A stretch of DNA of 64,000 bases from an uncultured Desulfospira sp. Its GTDB lineage: Bacteria > Desulfobacterota > Desulfobacteria > Desulfobacterales > Desulfobacteraceae. Position numbers and translations under genes: made by a program. Each line of letters opens with the position of its first letter. The stretch's first letter is position 1. Where the stretch lies: NCBI GenBank assembly GCA_963663165.1, contig OY760175.1, positions 4,640,001 to 4,704,000 on the forward strand, in the 5' to 3' direction. Of this stretch, positions 53,953-63,241 are shown in pieces. The notes under the pieces are model-generated. The model saw only the letters and a program-made list of their open reading frames with translations, was not told the DNA's origin and ran no database searches.

Positions 53953-54894
53953 TTAATTTAGGACTTCAAGGACCCCGGCCGCAATCAGGGGGATGAGAAT
54001 CTCATGGTGCCCGATAATGGCGTATCCTTTCCCTTTCCCCTGGGTGGGGCGGTTGACGACATTGGTCATGGGCCGGTAATGGCGGATAAAATCCAGATTA
54101 ACCGTGGTAAAATCGTTTACCGGGTGGCCCAGGTTCCGAACCAGGGTCAAGGCCTTGAGAAAGACCTCGGGCAGGATCACGGCTGACCCTGCATTGATAA
54201 ATACCCCGTGTTCGAGTTTGGAAATCACGGCGCAGAAAATTTTAAAATCATCATGGCTGGCTTTGCCGCAGGCCCCGGCATCAAAGCCCGGGTGCATGTG
54301 GATGATGTCGGTGCCCATGGCCACATGGACGGTAACAGGGATATCTAAGCGGGCGCCGGCGGCATTGATGCTCAGGTGGCGATAATCAAGGTTTTCTTCA
54401 AGAATCAGTTCCCCCACGGCCCGGCCCAGCCCCATGGATTTTTCTTTGGCCCGTTCAATGGCCTGGTTTAAAAACTCAGAGGTTTCCTTGGCCATGCCGA
54501 AACTGCCGTCGGTGAGGGACATGGCCACATCCTCCGAGGTGCTTCCGTTCATGGCCACTTCAAGGTCATGGATGATCCCGGCCCCGTTCATGGAAATCAT
54601 GGACAATACCCCTTTGTCCATCAGATCCGTGATCACGGGGTTCATCCCGGTTTTGATCACATGGCCGCCCATGGCCACGCAGACCGGTTTTTGATTTTGG
54701 ACGGCCAACGCCACGGCGCTGATCACTTCCCTTAAATCCCGGCCGGCCAGGATCCCGGGAAGGGAATCCAGGAAATCGGACAGAGAGCCGCCTTTTTTCC
54801 AGGGGCGGGTAAAATCGTCCTTGGACACCAGGCTTTTTCGGTTTTTAACCGAATAGGTGGTGACCCGGGAAAAATCAAGATCAGGAAGGGTCAC
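53953..54894 (-). CDS. Conserved protein, probable deoxyhypusine-synthase-like fold
   Basis: MGGHVIK, MNGAGIIHD.E, TVHVAMGTDIIHMH, GSAVILPEVFLKA, GHHEI; overlaps the gmhA stop. Confidence 0.7.
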   Translation of the reverse strand: MTLPDLDFSRVTTYSVKNRKSLVSKDDFTRPWKKGGSLSDFLDSLPGILAGRDLREVISAVALAVQNQKPVCVAMGGHVIKTGMNPVITDLMDKGVLSMISMNGAGIIHDLEVAMNGSTSEDVAMSLTDGSFGMAKETSEFLNQAIERAKEKSMGLGRAVGELILEENLDYRHLSINAAGARLDIPVTVHVAMGTDIIHMHPGFDAGACGKASHDDFKIFCAVISKLEHGVFINAGSAVILPEVFLKALTLVRNLGHPVNDFTTVNLDFIRHYRPMTNVVNRPTQGKGKGYAIIGHHEILIPLIAAGVLEVLN

Positions 54895-55456
54895 TGAACA
54901 AGCTCCTTTCCACCAGGTCGCAGAGAATATGGGCCAGAAGGATGTGAACTTCCTGTATCCTGGCAGTGACCGGAGAATCTACGCAAAAAGCAATGTCGCT
55001 GATCGCTTTGAGCCGGCCCTTATTTCCGGAAAAACCGATAACGAAAAGTCCCATTTTTTTTGCCTGTTCCGCCGCCTTGATCACATTGGGGGAGTTCCCG
55101 GATGTGGAGATCCCCAGGGCAATGTCATCTTTCTGCCCTAAGGCCTGCACCTGCTTGATGAAAATATCCTCATAAGCATAATCGTTGCCGATGCTGGTGA
55201 TGATGGATGTATCACAGGTCAGGGCAATGGCGGGAAGGGGGCGACGTTCCATCTGGAACCGGTTAACCAGTTCGGCCGCGATATGCTGGCAGTCGGCCGC
55301 ACTCCCCCCATTGCCGAAAAGCAGCAGTTTTTTGCCCTGGGACAGCCGCTGGGCCAGAACCTGGGCACATTGTTCAATTTTGGGGCCATGGGAATCGAAA
55401 AAAGACTGCTTGGCCTCAATGCTTTCCCTGACGCTGGTTTCTATAATTGGGTTCAT
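54881..55456 (-). CDS. gmhA: D-sedoheptulose 7-phosphate isomerase
   Basis: FGNGGSAADCQH, GNDY, ISTSGNS, TARIQEVH. Confidence 0.95.
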   Translation of the reverse strand: MNPIIETSVRESIEAKQSFFDSHGPKIEQCAQVLAQRLSQGKKLLLFGNGGSAADCQHIAAELVNRFQMERRPLPAIALTCDTSIITSIGNDYAYEDIFIKQVQALGQKDDIALGISTSGNSPNVIKAAEQAKKMGLFVIGFSGNKGRLKAISDIAFCVDSPVTARIQEVHILLAHILCDLVERSLFSDPS

Positions 55457-55471
55457 AATTTTTTTTATATA

Positions 55472-56725
55472 TCAGGCGGATTTAATGTTGGGCGCCTTGT
55501 TCTGCTCAGCCTGCTCACAGGCTGACGATACCGCTGCCGCGCGTTGTTTAAAGACCTCATTGTCCGGGTCAAGCCCTAAGGCTTTTTGGGCAAAAGTCAG
55601 TGCGATTTTAAGGTTTTTCCCCTGTTCAAGCATGGCCTGGGCATATCCGGACAGGGCCGCCCCATCGGAAGGGATCAGCTTAACCGCCTTGTTGAATTCA
55701 ACACCGGCCCGGTCCGGGTCTTTTAATTCAAGAAAAATTTCGGCCATTGTTCTGACGGCAATGCCGGATTCCGGATTCAATTGGCAGGCCGCTTCAATGT
55801 AGGGCAGGGCCTGGCCGGGTTTGCCCGTTTTTAACAGCAGCTGCCCCAGGGTCAGCTCCACCTCAAACAGGTCAGGGTTAACGGCATGGGCTTTTTTAAA
55901 GTAGACCAGGGCTTTATCGTCGGCCTCCCGGATCTGGTGAATCAGACCGATATTGTAAATGACCATGATTTCCGCAGAAGACAAGGCCAGGGCCTTTTTA
56001 AAGGTGTCCATGGCCAGGTTCAGTTCCCCTGAGACCCCGAAGCAGACCCCTAAACTGTTGAGCAGGTTGATATTGCCTGGATTAAGTTCGAGCCCGGTCT
56101 GGTATTCCTGGATGGCCGCTTCATAAAGACCATGCTGGTAGAGCCGGTCCCCGCTGATGTTTAAGGAAACCGCATCAAAATAGACGGTATGCCCGGGGCC
56201 GAAAAAAGCCGCATGGTCGATGGCTTTCAGGGCATTGGCCGGGACCTGGGTCCGCCTGAATTCAGCAAAGGGAAACCAGGCCGCCCCCATCAAAACGTCG
56301 GTTTTAAGATCTTTGGATATTTTTTCTTTCAAGGCGTTGAGAAGATCTGAGGCCGTATCCGTCTGATTGTAGTCCCAAAAGGCAAGAATAAAGGCTGTTT
56401 CATCCAAATTTTCCCATATGCCCCGGATATGGGCGGTGGCGCCCCCGGATACGGGCTTGTCCAGAAGGGATTGAAAACAGGCCTCAAAGATCTGGCTGGA
56501 TTTTTCCAGCTCTTCTTCAGCCAGATCAAAGGGGACCTTAAGGACGGCGCAAAGAAATTTGTCGTCGGGAATGTCTGCCTCTCCCAGCCGCTGCATAAAA
56601 TTTTCAAGGGGAACACTGGGCGAAACCGCCAGGTCCGAAAAATAAAATTCAGGCGGGCCGGCCAGATCCTGGTCTGATTCGGTTCTCAAAAAATGGATTT
56701 CTTTTGAAGAAAATTTAAGACTCAT
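55472..56725 (-). CDS. TPR protein with N-terminal alpha/beta domain (possibly degenerate GGDEF)
   Basis: Several TPRs (ELNP..LLNSLGV, YNIGLI, QLNP); start 56725 or 56731. Confidence 0.8.
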   Translation of the reverse strand: MSLKFSSKEIHFLRTESDQDLAGPPEFYFSDLAVSPSVPLENFMQRLGEADIPDDKFLCAVLKVPFDLAEEELEKSSQIFEACFQSLLDKPVSGGATAHIRGIWENLDETAFILAFWDYNQTDTASDLLNALKEKISKDLKTDVLMGAAWFPFAEFRRTQVPANALKAIDHAAFFGPGHTVYFDAVSLNISGDRLYQHGLYEAAIQEYQTGLELNPGNINLLNSLGVCFGVSGELNLAMDTFKKALALSSAEIMVIYNIGLIHQIREADDKALVYFKKAHAVNPDLFEVELTLGQLLLKTGKPGQALPYIEAACQLNPESGIAVRTMAEIFLELKDPDRAGVEFNKAVKLIPSDGAALSGYAQAMLEQGKNLKIALTFAQKALGLDPDNEVFKQRAAAVSSACEQAEQNKAPNIKSA

Positions 56726-58133
56726 TTTCATTTAATATCCTGGATAGGGTGTTGGCAATAAGGTCTTCCTGTCCCGGCTGAAGGGTCCTGGGGTCAAGAA
56801 TGAACCGGTCATCTTCTATCCGTCCCATAACGGGTGGCGATGCGGCGCGCATCTGTCTTTCCAGGCCGGCCGCCGAGATGGACAGGGGCTTTATTGTCAC
56901 GCACCGGGTGGGCAGCATCAGTTCTGGAAATGATCCCCCCCCGGGCCGGGACTGTAAGTCAGCGGTTTCAACCACGACCAAAGCCCCGGTTTTGTCCTGG
57001 ATGGCCGCAAGCAGAACCTGTGCTTTTTGGCAGGTTTCTTCAAAGGGCATGGTCATCATTCTTAAGGTGGGGATTTCTTTTACGGCATTGGCTTTATCCC
57101 TGTAAAGCCGCAAGGTGGCTTCCAGGGCCGCCAGAGTGAGTTTGTCGATCCGCAGGGCCCGGGTCATGGGATTGGCTTTGATTTTGTCGATAAACTCTTT
57201 TTTCCCGGCAATGATACCGGCCTGGGGGCCGCCGAGAAGTTTGTCCCCGCTAAAGGTGACAATGTCCGCTCCGGAACTGATCTGGTCTGAAACCATGGGT
57301 TCTTTGGGCATTTGATATTCGGAAAAATCAATCAGGGTGCCTGAGCCCAGGTCTTCCATGACCGGAATGCCCTTTTCCCGCCCCAGTTCCACCAGAACGC
57401 CAAGGGGGACGCTGGCCGTGAATCCCTGAATTTTATAGTTGGAGGTATGAACTTTCAGAAAAAGCCCGGTGGCCTCTGACACGGCATCGGCATAGTCCCT
57501 TAAATGGGTCCGGTTGGTGGTCCCGACTTCTTTTAGGATACACCCGCTTTTGGCCATGACATCCGGTACCCTGAAAGAGCCCCCGATTTCCACAAGTTCT
57601 CCTCTGGATACCACCACTTCGGTGCCCTGGGCCATGGTATTCAGGGCCAGGAACACGGCCCCGGCATTGTTGTTGACGGCCATGGCGCCCTCGGCCCCGG
57701 TCAGTTCGCATAACAGGTCTTCCACGGCGGCATACCGGATCCCCCGCTTGCCTGTGGCCAGGTTAAGTTCAAGGTTTGAATACCCTCGGGCAATGGCCGT
57801 TATATTGTCCAGTGCCTGCTGGCAGAGCAGGGCACGGCCCAGGTTGGTATGAAGCACCACCCCGGTGGCGTTGATCAGGGGAACCAGATTGGGTTTTGTC
57901 TTTTCCCGGGCCAGGGCAGCCACCTGGCTTAGGATCAGTTCATCTTTGAGGTCAAATGATTTGCCGTTCAATATGTCCTGCCGGAACATGTCAAGGGTTG
58001 AGCGGATGGATTCCAGGATAACAGAGCGGGGCATGCCGGAAAACCGGTCATCCTGCCCGGCCTTTTCCAGCACGATATCTACCCCCGGGAGGGCTTTGAG
58101 CATCTCAATGGGTTGTTTCATTTTTTGTTTCAT
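56715..58133 (-). CDS. selA: L-seryl-tRNA(Sec) selenium transferase
   Basis: INATGVVLHTNLGRA, VNNNAGA, SRGELVEIGGSFR, FSGDKLLGGPQAG. Confidence 0.97.
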   Translation of the reverse strand: MKQKMKQPIEMLKALPGVDIVLEKAGQDDRFSGMPRSVILESIRSTLDMFRQDILNGKSFDLKDELILSQVAALAREKTKPNLVPLINATGVVLHTNLGRALLCQQALDNITAIARGYSNLELNLATGKRGIRYAAVEDLLCELTGAEGAMAVNNNAGAVFLALNTMAQGTEVVVSRGELVEIGGSFRVPDVMAKSGCILKEVGTTNRTHLRDYADAVSEATGLFLKVHTSNYKIQGFTASVPLGVLVELGREKGIPVMEDLGSGTLIDFSEYQMPKEPMVSDQISSGADIVTFSGDKLLGGPQAGIIAGKKEFIDKIKANPMTRALRIDKLTLAALEATLRLYRDKANAVKEIPTLRMMTMPFEETCQKAQVLLAAIQDKTGALVVVETADLQSRPGGGSFPELMLPTRCVTIKPLSISAAGLERQMRAASPPVMGRIEDDRFILDPRTLQPGQEDLIANTLSRILNENES

Positions 58134-58149
58134 AAACCTGCGTAAATGG

Positions 58150-59490
58150 CTATGGGTTGAGGGTGATATCTCCTAAGGGAACGTCATCAATGATGACCGG
58201 GATATCGGACAAGGAGAGCCCTAAGCGGTCCAGGACTGGCTCTAAGCTTTCGGTCTGCATCTTCTGAATGCCGATTCCCTTCTGGAACCGTTCCATCAGC
58301 AGGTCTGCCAGATAGACAATGGAAACCAGATCCTGGTGTTCAGATGCCTGTTCGGGGTAATGGTGAAAGGCAATGGTCTCGTAAAGGGCCTTGGAAAGCT
58401 TCCATTTTTTGGCCAGAAACGCCCCGGTTTCGCAATGGGTAATGCCTAAGATCTTTTTTTCCGATTCCAGAAAACTTACTTTTTTTTCCGTTAAGTTCCG
58501 GAACAGCAGGGGCATGGAATCCGCCACATGCTGGTCTAGGACCACCTTGCCGATGTCATGGAGCAGGCCCGCCGTATAGGCATTGGTTCCGGCCACCTTT
58601 CCGCATTTCTGGGCCAGTTTTTCCGAAGTGGCGGCCACCCCCACGGCATGAAAAAACAGCCCGCCTTTGCGCAGGGAATACCCTGAGCCGGCCACCTGTC
58701 CGTAATAGGAGTCAATGGCCGCCACGATAACAGACTGCATCAACAGGTCTTCTCCCAACAGGATGACGGCGTCCTTGAGGGTTTCTATGGGAATGTTTCC
58801 GGCAAACAGGGCTGAATTGCATATTTTCAGGGTTTGGCCGCTAAGGACCTGGTCCTGGGCGAGTTCTTTGGTGACCTCTTCGATGTCAACCCGGTTTCCC
58901 TGGAACATTCTTAAAATTTTAAGGGCGGTCTGGGGGATGGGCTTTAAGTTCTCCACCGTATCCTGAATATCCTGGATGCTGGGTTTGGAAAAGGCGGTTT
59001 CAGGCCTGAATTCTTCTTCCTGGGGGCCTTTGATCCGGGCATTGCCCGTGGCCATGTCCAGCTCTAAAGTGGAACTGGACAGTCCGCCGGTTTCAGACTT
59101 GACAATGGTAATGCCGGCATTTTTAAGGAGCCTGACCGCAATTTCAGCTGACCGGCCGCCGATGTCAAGGTTGATGTCCTGCCGGTTAACCGGCCCGATC
59201 AGCCCTCCCCCGGCCATAACAGCTTTCAGGTTTTGGGGCTTGCATCCGAGCTTTTCAAGTTCTTTAATCATCATGTAAATGCCGGTGGATGCGTACTTTT
59301 CCGGATACGCATCCCACCCGGATCCGGGGGGTTCGGGCAGCAGAATATGGATCAGCCCGCCCGTACCGGTGGTGTGATCATACAGGGCCACGCCAAGGCA
59401 GGTGCCCAGAAAAGCCTGATAGACAGTGTTCGAACTCCGGGCCACTTTAAAACTGCCCGCAGGAATATGTTCAAAAGTGTGGTAAACCAT
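58150..59490 (-). CDS. CheD-like deamidase fused to HDOD domain
   Basis: LGTCLG, GLIHILLP, KYA, IGGR CheD motifs; DQVLSGQTLKICNSA, AGLLHDIGK, FHHYP HDOD motifs. Confidence 0.88.
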   Translation of the reverse strand: MVYHTFEHIPAGSFKVARSSNTVYQAFLGTCLGVALYDHTTGTGGLIHILLPEPPGSGWDAYPEKYASTGIYMMIKELEKLGCKPQNLKAVMAGGGLIGPVNRQDINLDIGGRSAEIAVRLLKNAGITIVKSETGGLSSSTLELDMATGNARIKGPQEEEFRPETAFSKPSIQDIQDTVENLKPIPQTALKILRMFQGNRVDIEEVTKELAQDQVLSGQTLKICNSALFAGNIPIETLKDAVILLGEDLLMQSVIVAAIDSYYGQVAGSGYSLRKGGLFFHAVGVAATSEKLAQKCGKVAGTNAYTAGLLHDIGKVVLDQHVADSMPLLFRNLTEKKVSFLESEKKILGITHCETGAFLAKKWKLSKALYETIAFHHYPEQASEHQDLVSIVYLADLLMERFQKGIGIQKMQTESLEPVLDRLGLSLSDIPVIIDDVPLGDITLNP

Positions 59491-59586
59491 GATCAATGTT
59501 TAGAGGGAATTTCCTTATTTGGCTTTGAATTACTTTAAATACCATTAAATTTCCTGGACTTTCAATATTTTCTTTTGCCTTTCCCG

Positions 59587-59614
59587 TCAAGTTTTTTAAA
59601 AAAAATGCCGATCT
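59587..59614 (+). promoter_or_regulatory. Putative sigma28 (FliA) promoter
   Basis: TCAAG-15 nt-GCCGATCT, 26 nt before the ATG. Confidence 0.5.
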
Positions 59615-59640
59615 GATTCCATATTACAAAGAGGTGGCCT

Positions 59641-61053
59641 ATGAGAATTGCATCATCCGATATAATGATGTCGTCCAGTCATACCCTGGAGCAGACGGAT
59701 ATCACTTCAAGTCAGATATCCAGCCTTAAACAGGTATCCAGATCCGGGGATTCAAACCAGACAGCGGATACCGGTGCCCCCCTTGCCCTGGTGGACCGGG
59801 TCAGTATTTCCTTTTGGGAAGAAAGTCAGGCCTTGTCCGGTTATGCGTCAACCTTACGGGCCGCATCCACGGTCAGTACCGGCGACACAGAAGACAGCAC
59901 CACAGCGGATTACCGCGAAACAGTGGAAAAGCTGGTGGGGGCGGTAATTGACAAAAAGGTGGTGGCCGGTGCGGTTGCGCAGACCGGGGCCAGCCTGTCC
60001 AAAGACCTGGCCGCCGGCGATTTAAGTTCCCTGACCGAAAACACGGAAGAATCAGCCCTAGGGGTCACCCAGCAGTGGCTGATCAGCCAGGCCCAGGTTG
60101 AATATGAAAAGGAGCAGGCCAATTTTTCAGCCGCCGGAACCGTGACCACCCAGGACGGGAGGAACATTGATTTTTCCCTTGAGTTTTCCATGGAAAGAAC
60201 CCTTTTATCTGAAACCGAACAGGAAACCCTGATTCAGGTAAGCCGGGAAATCCTGGTGGATCCGCTGGTTATCAGCCTGGACAAAGGGGTCCCCGCGCTA
60301 TCGGATGTGACCTTTGATTTTGACCTGGACAGTGACGGCGAAATGGACACGGTTCATTTCGCCTCATCCGGGTCCGGATTTCTCAGCCTGGACAAAAATA
60401 ATGACGGCATCATCAACAACGGGTCCGAGTTGTTTGGGACAAAAACCGGGGACGGGTTCGGGGAACTTTCAGCCTATGATGACGACGGCAATGGCTGGAT
60501 TGATGAAAGCGACGCCGTGTTTGAACAACTTCAGGTCTGGACCCGGGACGACACCGGCACTGACCACCTGATTTCCCTGAAAGATGCCGGGATCGGTGCC
60601 ATTTTTCTGGGCAGTACGGCCACAGAACTGAGCCTCACCGGGGAGGATAACCACCTGGCCGGCCAGGTAAGGGCTTCTGGCCTGTTTTTGTATGAAACCG
60701 GGGAGGTGGGCTCAATCCAGCAGATTGACCTTGCCAAACAGCAGGAAACGGTTCAGGATAACACCCTGTCCGCCAGTGGAACCGCGTTTATAACTGAGGG
60801 CTTTTTTCAGAATTCAACGGTGCTTGAAACCGGCACCCTGATCCAGGGCTTTGAATGGATTGCCGACAATCCGGCCGGCCTGCCGGAACAGCCGGAAAAT
60901 CCCCTTGAACAGCTTAAGGAGAGAGTCAAAGAACTCAAGCAGCAGTTGAAAAGTTTGCTCAGGCCCACGGGAAGCCTCTCATCATCTTTGTATGGAAAAA
61001 ACCGGGTATCCGCCTTCCGGCTCTACCAGATGACCCGGCCGGATCTCCTTTGA
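59641..61053 (+). CDS. Acidic hypothetical protein with Ca-binding DxDxDG-like motifs
   Basis: VTTQDGRNIDF, DPLVISLD, FDLDSDG, LDKNNDG...GSELFG, YDDDGNGWID; GAGGTG RBS. Confidence 0.8.
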   Translation: MRIASSDIMMSSSHTLEQTDITSSQISSLKQVSRSGDSNQTADTGAPLALVDRVSISFWEESQALSGYASTLRAASTVSTGDTEDSTTADYRETVEKLVGAVIDKKVVAGAVAQTGASLSKDLAAGDLSSLTENTEESALGVTQQWLISQAQVEYEKEQANFSAAGTVTTQDGRNIDFSLEFSMERTLLSETEQETLIQVSREILVDPLVISLDKGVPALSDVTFDFDLDSDGEMDTVHFASSGSGFLSLDKNNDGIINNGSELFGTKTGDGFGELSAYDDDGNGWIDESDAVFEQLQVWTRDDTGTDHLISLKDAGIGAIFLGSTATELSLTGEDNHLAGQVRASGLFLYETGEVGSIQQIDLAKQQETVQDNTLSASGTAFITEGFFQNSTVLETGTLIQGFEWIADNPAGLPEQPENPLEQLKERVKELKQQLKSLLRPTGSLSSSLYGKNRVSAFRLYQMTRPDLL

Positions 61054-61085
61054 GCGGTTGGCAATGAGCGGTTAGCCGTTAGCTG
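61051..61085 (-). repeat. ACAGCTA-type heptamer array x5
   Basis: tgagcgg ttggcaa tgagcgg ttagccg ttagctg. Confidence 0.65.
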
Positions 61086-61105
61086 TATAGTTACAATTCA
61101 GGACT

Positions 61106-61224
61106 CAATGTCATTAACTTAAGCAGTGACGGGCAGGGTCAGGTATTGGGAGCTGTGCTCTTCATGATGTTAACAAGAGCCGTCCTAACTTTTAGTGATG
61201 AAAACTCTTAAGTTAATGACATTG
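61106..61224. mobile_element. 119-bp MITE, IS4-family-like ends
   Basis: Perfect 18-bp TIR CAATGTCATTAACTTAAG; 10-bp direct repeat ATTCAGGACT at 61096-61105 and 61225-61234. Confidence 0.9.
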
Positions 61225-61226
61225 AT

Positions 61227-61712
61227 TCAGGACTCTTTGTAAAGGGCCAGGATGCCGGACCGGGCCAGTTTTTTAATGCCAAAGGGTTCAAGCTGTTCCA
61301 GCATAAGGTCCACACAGTCTTCATCCCCGGTGACCTCAAAAATAAAATACTCTCCACCCTCATCCAGCATTCGGCCCTGAAACGGTGCAATAATTTCTCT
61401 TATTTTTTCCTGATTTTCCGGCCGGGCCCGAACGCAGATCAGGGCCATTTCCCGCTTGATGGCCTTTTCCCCGGTCATATCCCTTAATTTGATGACATTG
61501 ACCAGCCGTTTGATCTGCTTCATGCACTGTTCAAGCAAATGGGGACTGGTCAGGGTGGTGATGGTGATCCTGGACATTCTCGGGTTGGCCGTGGGCGCCC
61601 CGCAGATGGTTTCTATGTTATATCCCCTGCCGGCAAAAAGGCCGGTGATTCTGGCGGTCACACCGGGCTCGTTTTCCACCAGCATGGTCAGGGTGTATTT
61701 TTGTTCCCCCAT
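61227..61712 (-). CDS. ilvN: Acetolactate synthase small (regulatory, ACT) subunit
   Basis: LVENEPGVTARITGLFAGRGYNIE, SRITI, REMALI, LARSG. Confidence 0.85.
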   Translation of the reverse strand: MGEQKYTLTMLVENEPGVTARITGLFAGRGYNIETICGAPTANPRMSRITITTLTSPHLLEQCMKQIKRLVNVIKLRDMTGEKAIKREMALICVRARPENQEKIREIIAPFQGRMLDEGGEYFIFEVTGDEDCVDLMLEQLEPFGIKKLARSGILALYKES

Positions 61713-61790
61713 GGGTGATCTGGTTCCTTAAGCTTCAGTTCAGGGTAAGCGGTTATGGTTGTTTACAGGATAATGACGCCCGGTGAGATT

Positions 61791-62831
61791 TTAATCAAGC
61801 TTTTCTTCGGTGATGGTCTGGTTCCTGCCATGTTCCTTTGCAAAATAAAGCCCTTTATCGGCCCTCTCAACAAGGGTCTCTACCGTCTCTCCAAGCCGGT
61901 ACTGGGCAATTCCTATGGAAATGGTGATGGAGCCCAGGTTTTTTTTGGTGTCCCGGGCGATCCATTTCATTTTCTCCAGTTTTTTTCGAATCTGTTCACA
62001 CAACACCCATGCCCCTTTAAGCTGCGTATCGGGAAGAACAATGAGAAATTCTTCGCCACCGTACCGTGCCGCCGTATCCTTTCCTTTGATGTGGTCTTTT
62101 AAAACCGTGGCCAGCATTTTCAGCACATTGTCTCCGATCAGGTGTCCGTGGGTGTCGTTGACCTTTTTAAAATGGTCGATATCAATAATGGCCACGCACA
62201 TGGATGAGTTATTGCTCTGGACATGCTCAAAGACCCTGGCCATTATTTCTTCAAGCCCCCGCCGGTTCAACAGCCCGGTCAGCACATCTGTGACAGCTGA
62301 TTGTTTGATCCCCTGCATTTCGGAGCGAAGGGTCTGGACTTCCTTTTTTGTGGCTTCAAGCTGGGTTTTAAGATGCCGGGTGGATTCAATGACTTCCCGG
62401 GTCTCTTCCAGGATTTTGGCGGCAATCTCCGTAATGCTTTCCATGGTTGTGGCCTGGCCTAACCTCTGGGCATAGACCTGAAAAGAGCTGTCATGGGCAT
62501 CAAGCTCTCCGCCGGAGTCTCCGAGCTGTTTGGCAATTTCAGACAGGATTTCATGGAATTTTCTCAGGGTGGTCTCTGTGCTTAGAAGCTGCTCCTCGGC
62601 GATGTATTTCCGGAAAAGGTCAATCACCTGGTCGTTATCGAGACCCTTTTCCATGCGCTTTTGCATCTCAAGGGAGAGTTTTTTGTTCCTGCCGGCCGCG
62701 TATTCATACCACACCGCATAGGCAATGGGATTGAAGGGCAGTTTTTGATTTGAGATATGCTGGAGGACCAACCGGAGAATATTGCCAGACTGTTCCACCG
62801 ATTCATTGTAAAAATCTTTTAACATAATCAA
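61791..62831 (-). CDS. Diguanylate cyclase with coiled-coil N-terminus
   Basis: NPIAYAVWYEY, DVLTGLLNRR, DIDHFKKVND, RYGGEEF. Confidence 0.92.
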   Translation of the reverse strand: MIMLKDFYNESVEQSGNILRLVLQHISNQKLPFNPIAYAVWYEYAAGRNKKLSLEMQKRMEKGLDNDQVIDLFRKYIAEEQLLSTETTLRKFHEILSEIAKQLGDSGGELDAHDSSFQVYAQRLGQATTMESITEIAAKILEETREVIESTRHLKTQLEATKKEVQTLRSEMQGIKQSAVTDVLTGLLNRRGLEEIMARVFEHVQSNNSSMCVAIIDIDHFKKVNDTHGHLIGDNVLKMLATVLKDHIKGKDTAARYGGEEFLIVLPDTQLKGAWVLCEQIRKKLEKMKWIARDTKKNLGSITISIGIAQYRLGETVETLVERADKGLYFAKEHGRNQTITEEKLD

Positions 62832-63098
62832 ACTCTGTACAAAAAAATCTTTTGTTGAAAGTATAAAAACGGCCAGGTTTTTTATTATTTCCCCATAGAT
62901 AAACGGGTTATCCGGTGCTCATCGGCCTGAAATTCGATCCTTATACCCTGCCATGAATGGCCTTGGAATGTCAATATGAATTCCAAGTCTTCCAAAGGGC
63001 AATCGCATGTAAAAAAGCAAGCCATTCCGGAATGAAAGATAAGGATAACGCCAATATTCCTTATTTTCAGAATCCCCTGTTTAAACAGGCGTACCGCT

Positions 63099-63128
63099 CG
63101 ATTTCGATAACGATTTCGATTTCGACTG
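63099..63128. repeat. Hexamer tandem array (CGATTT)x5
   Basis: cgattt cgataa cgattt cgattt cgactg. Confidence 0.7.
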
Positions 63129-63181
63129 TCCAGGGCGGAATATACATTGGTTATCACAAAGAATTTTAATTCTAATTACAT

Positions 63182-63215
63182 CGGGCCTGCCCGGATCAGC
63201 GTCCGGGCAGGCCCG
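63182..63215 (-). terminator. Strong hairpin downstream of the phosphatase-like gene
   Basis: Perfect 14-bp stem CGGGCCTGCCCGGA/TCCGGGCAGGCCCG; weak U-tract. Confidence 0.6.
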
Positions 63216-63241
63216 TGGTTGTCTATAAAACGACTTGCTGT

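Noticed and set aside
56715..58133. Selenoprotein UGA readthrough near selA
   Set aside because: No gene in the window shows an in-frame TGA splitting a recognisable domain
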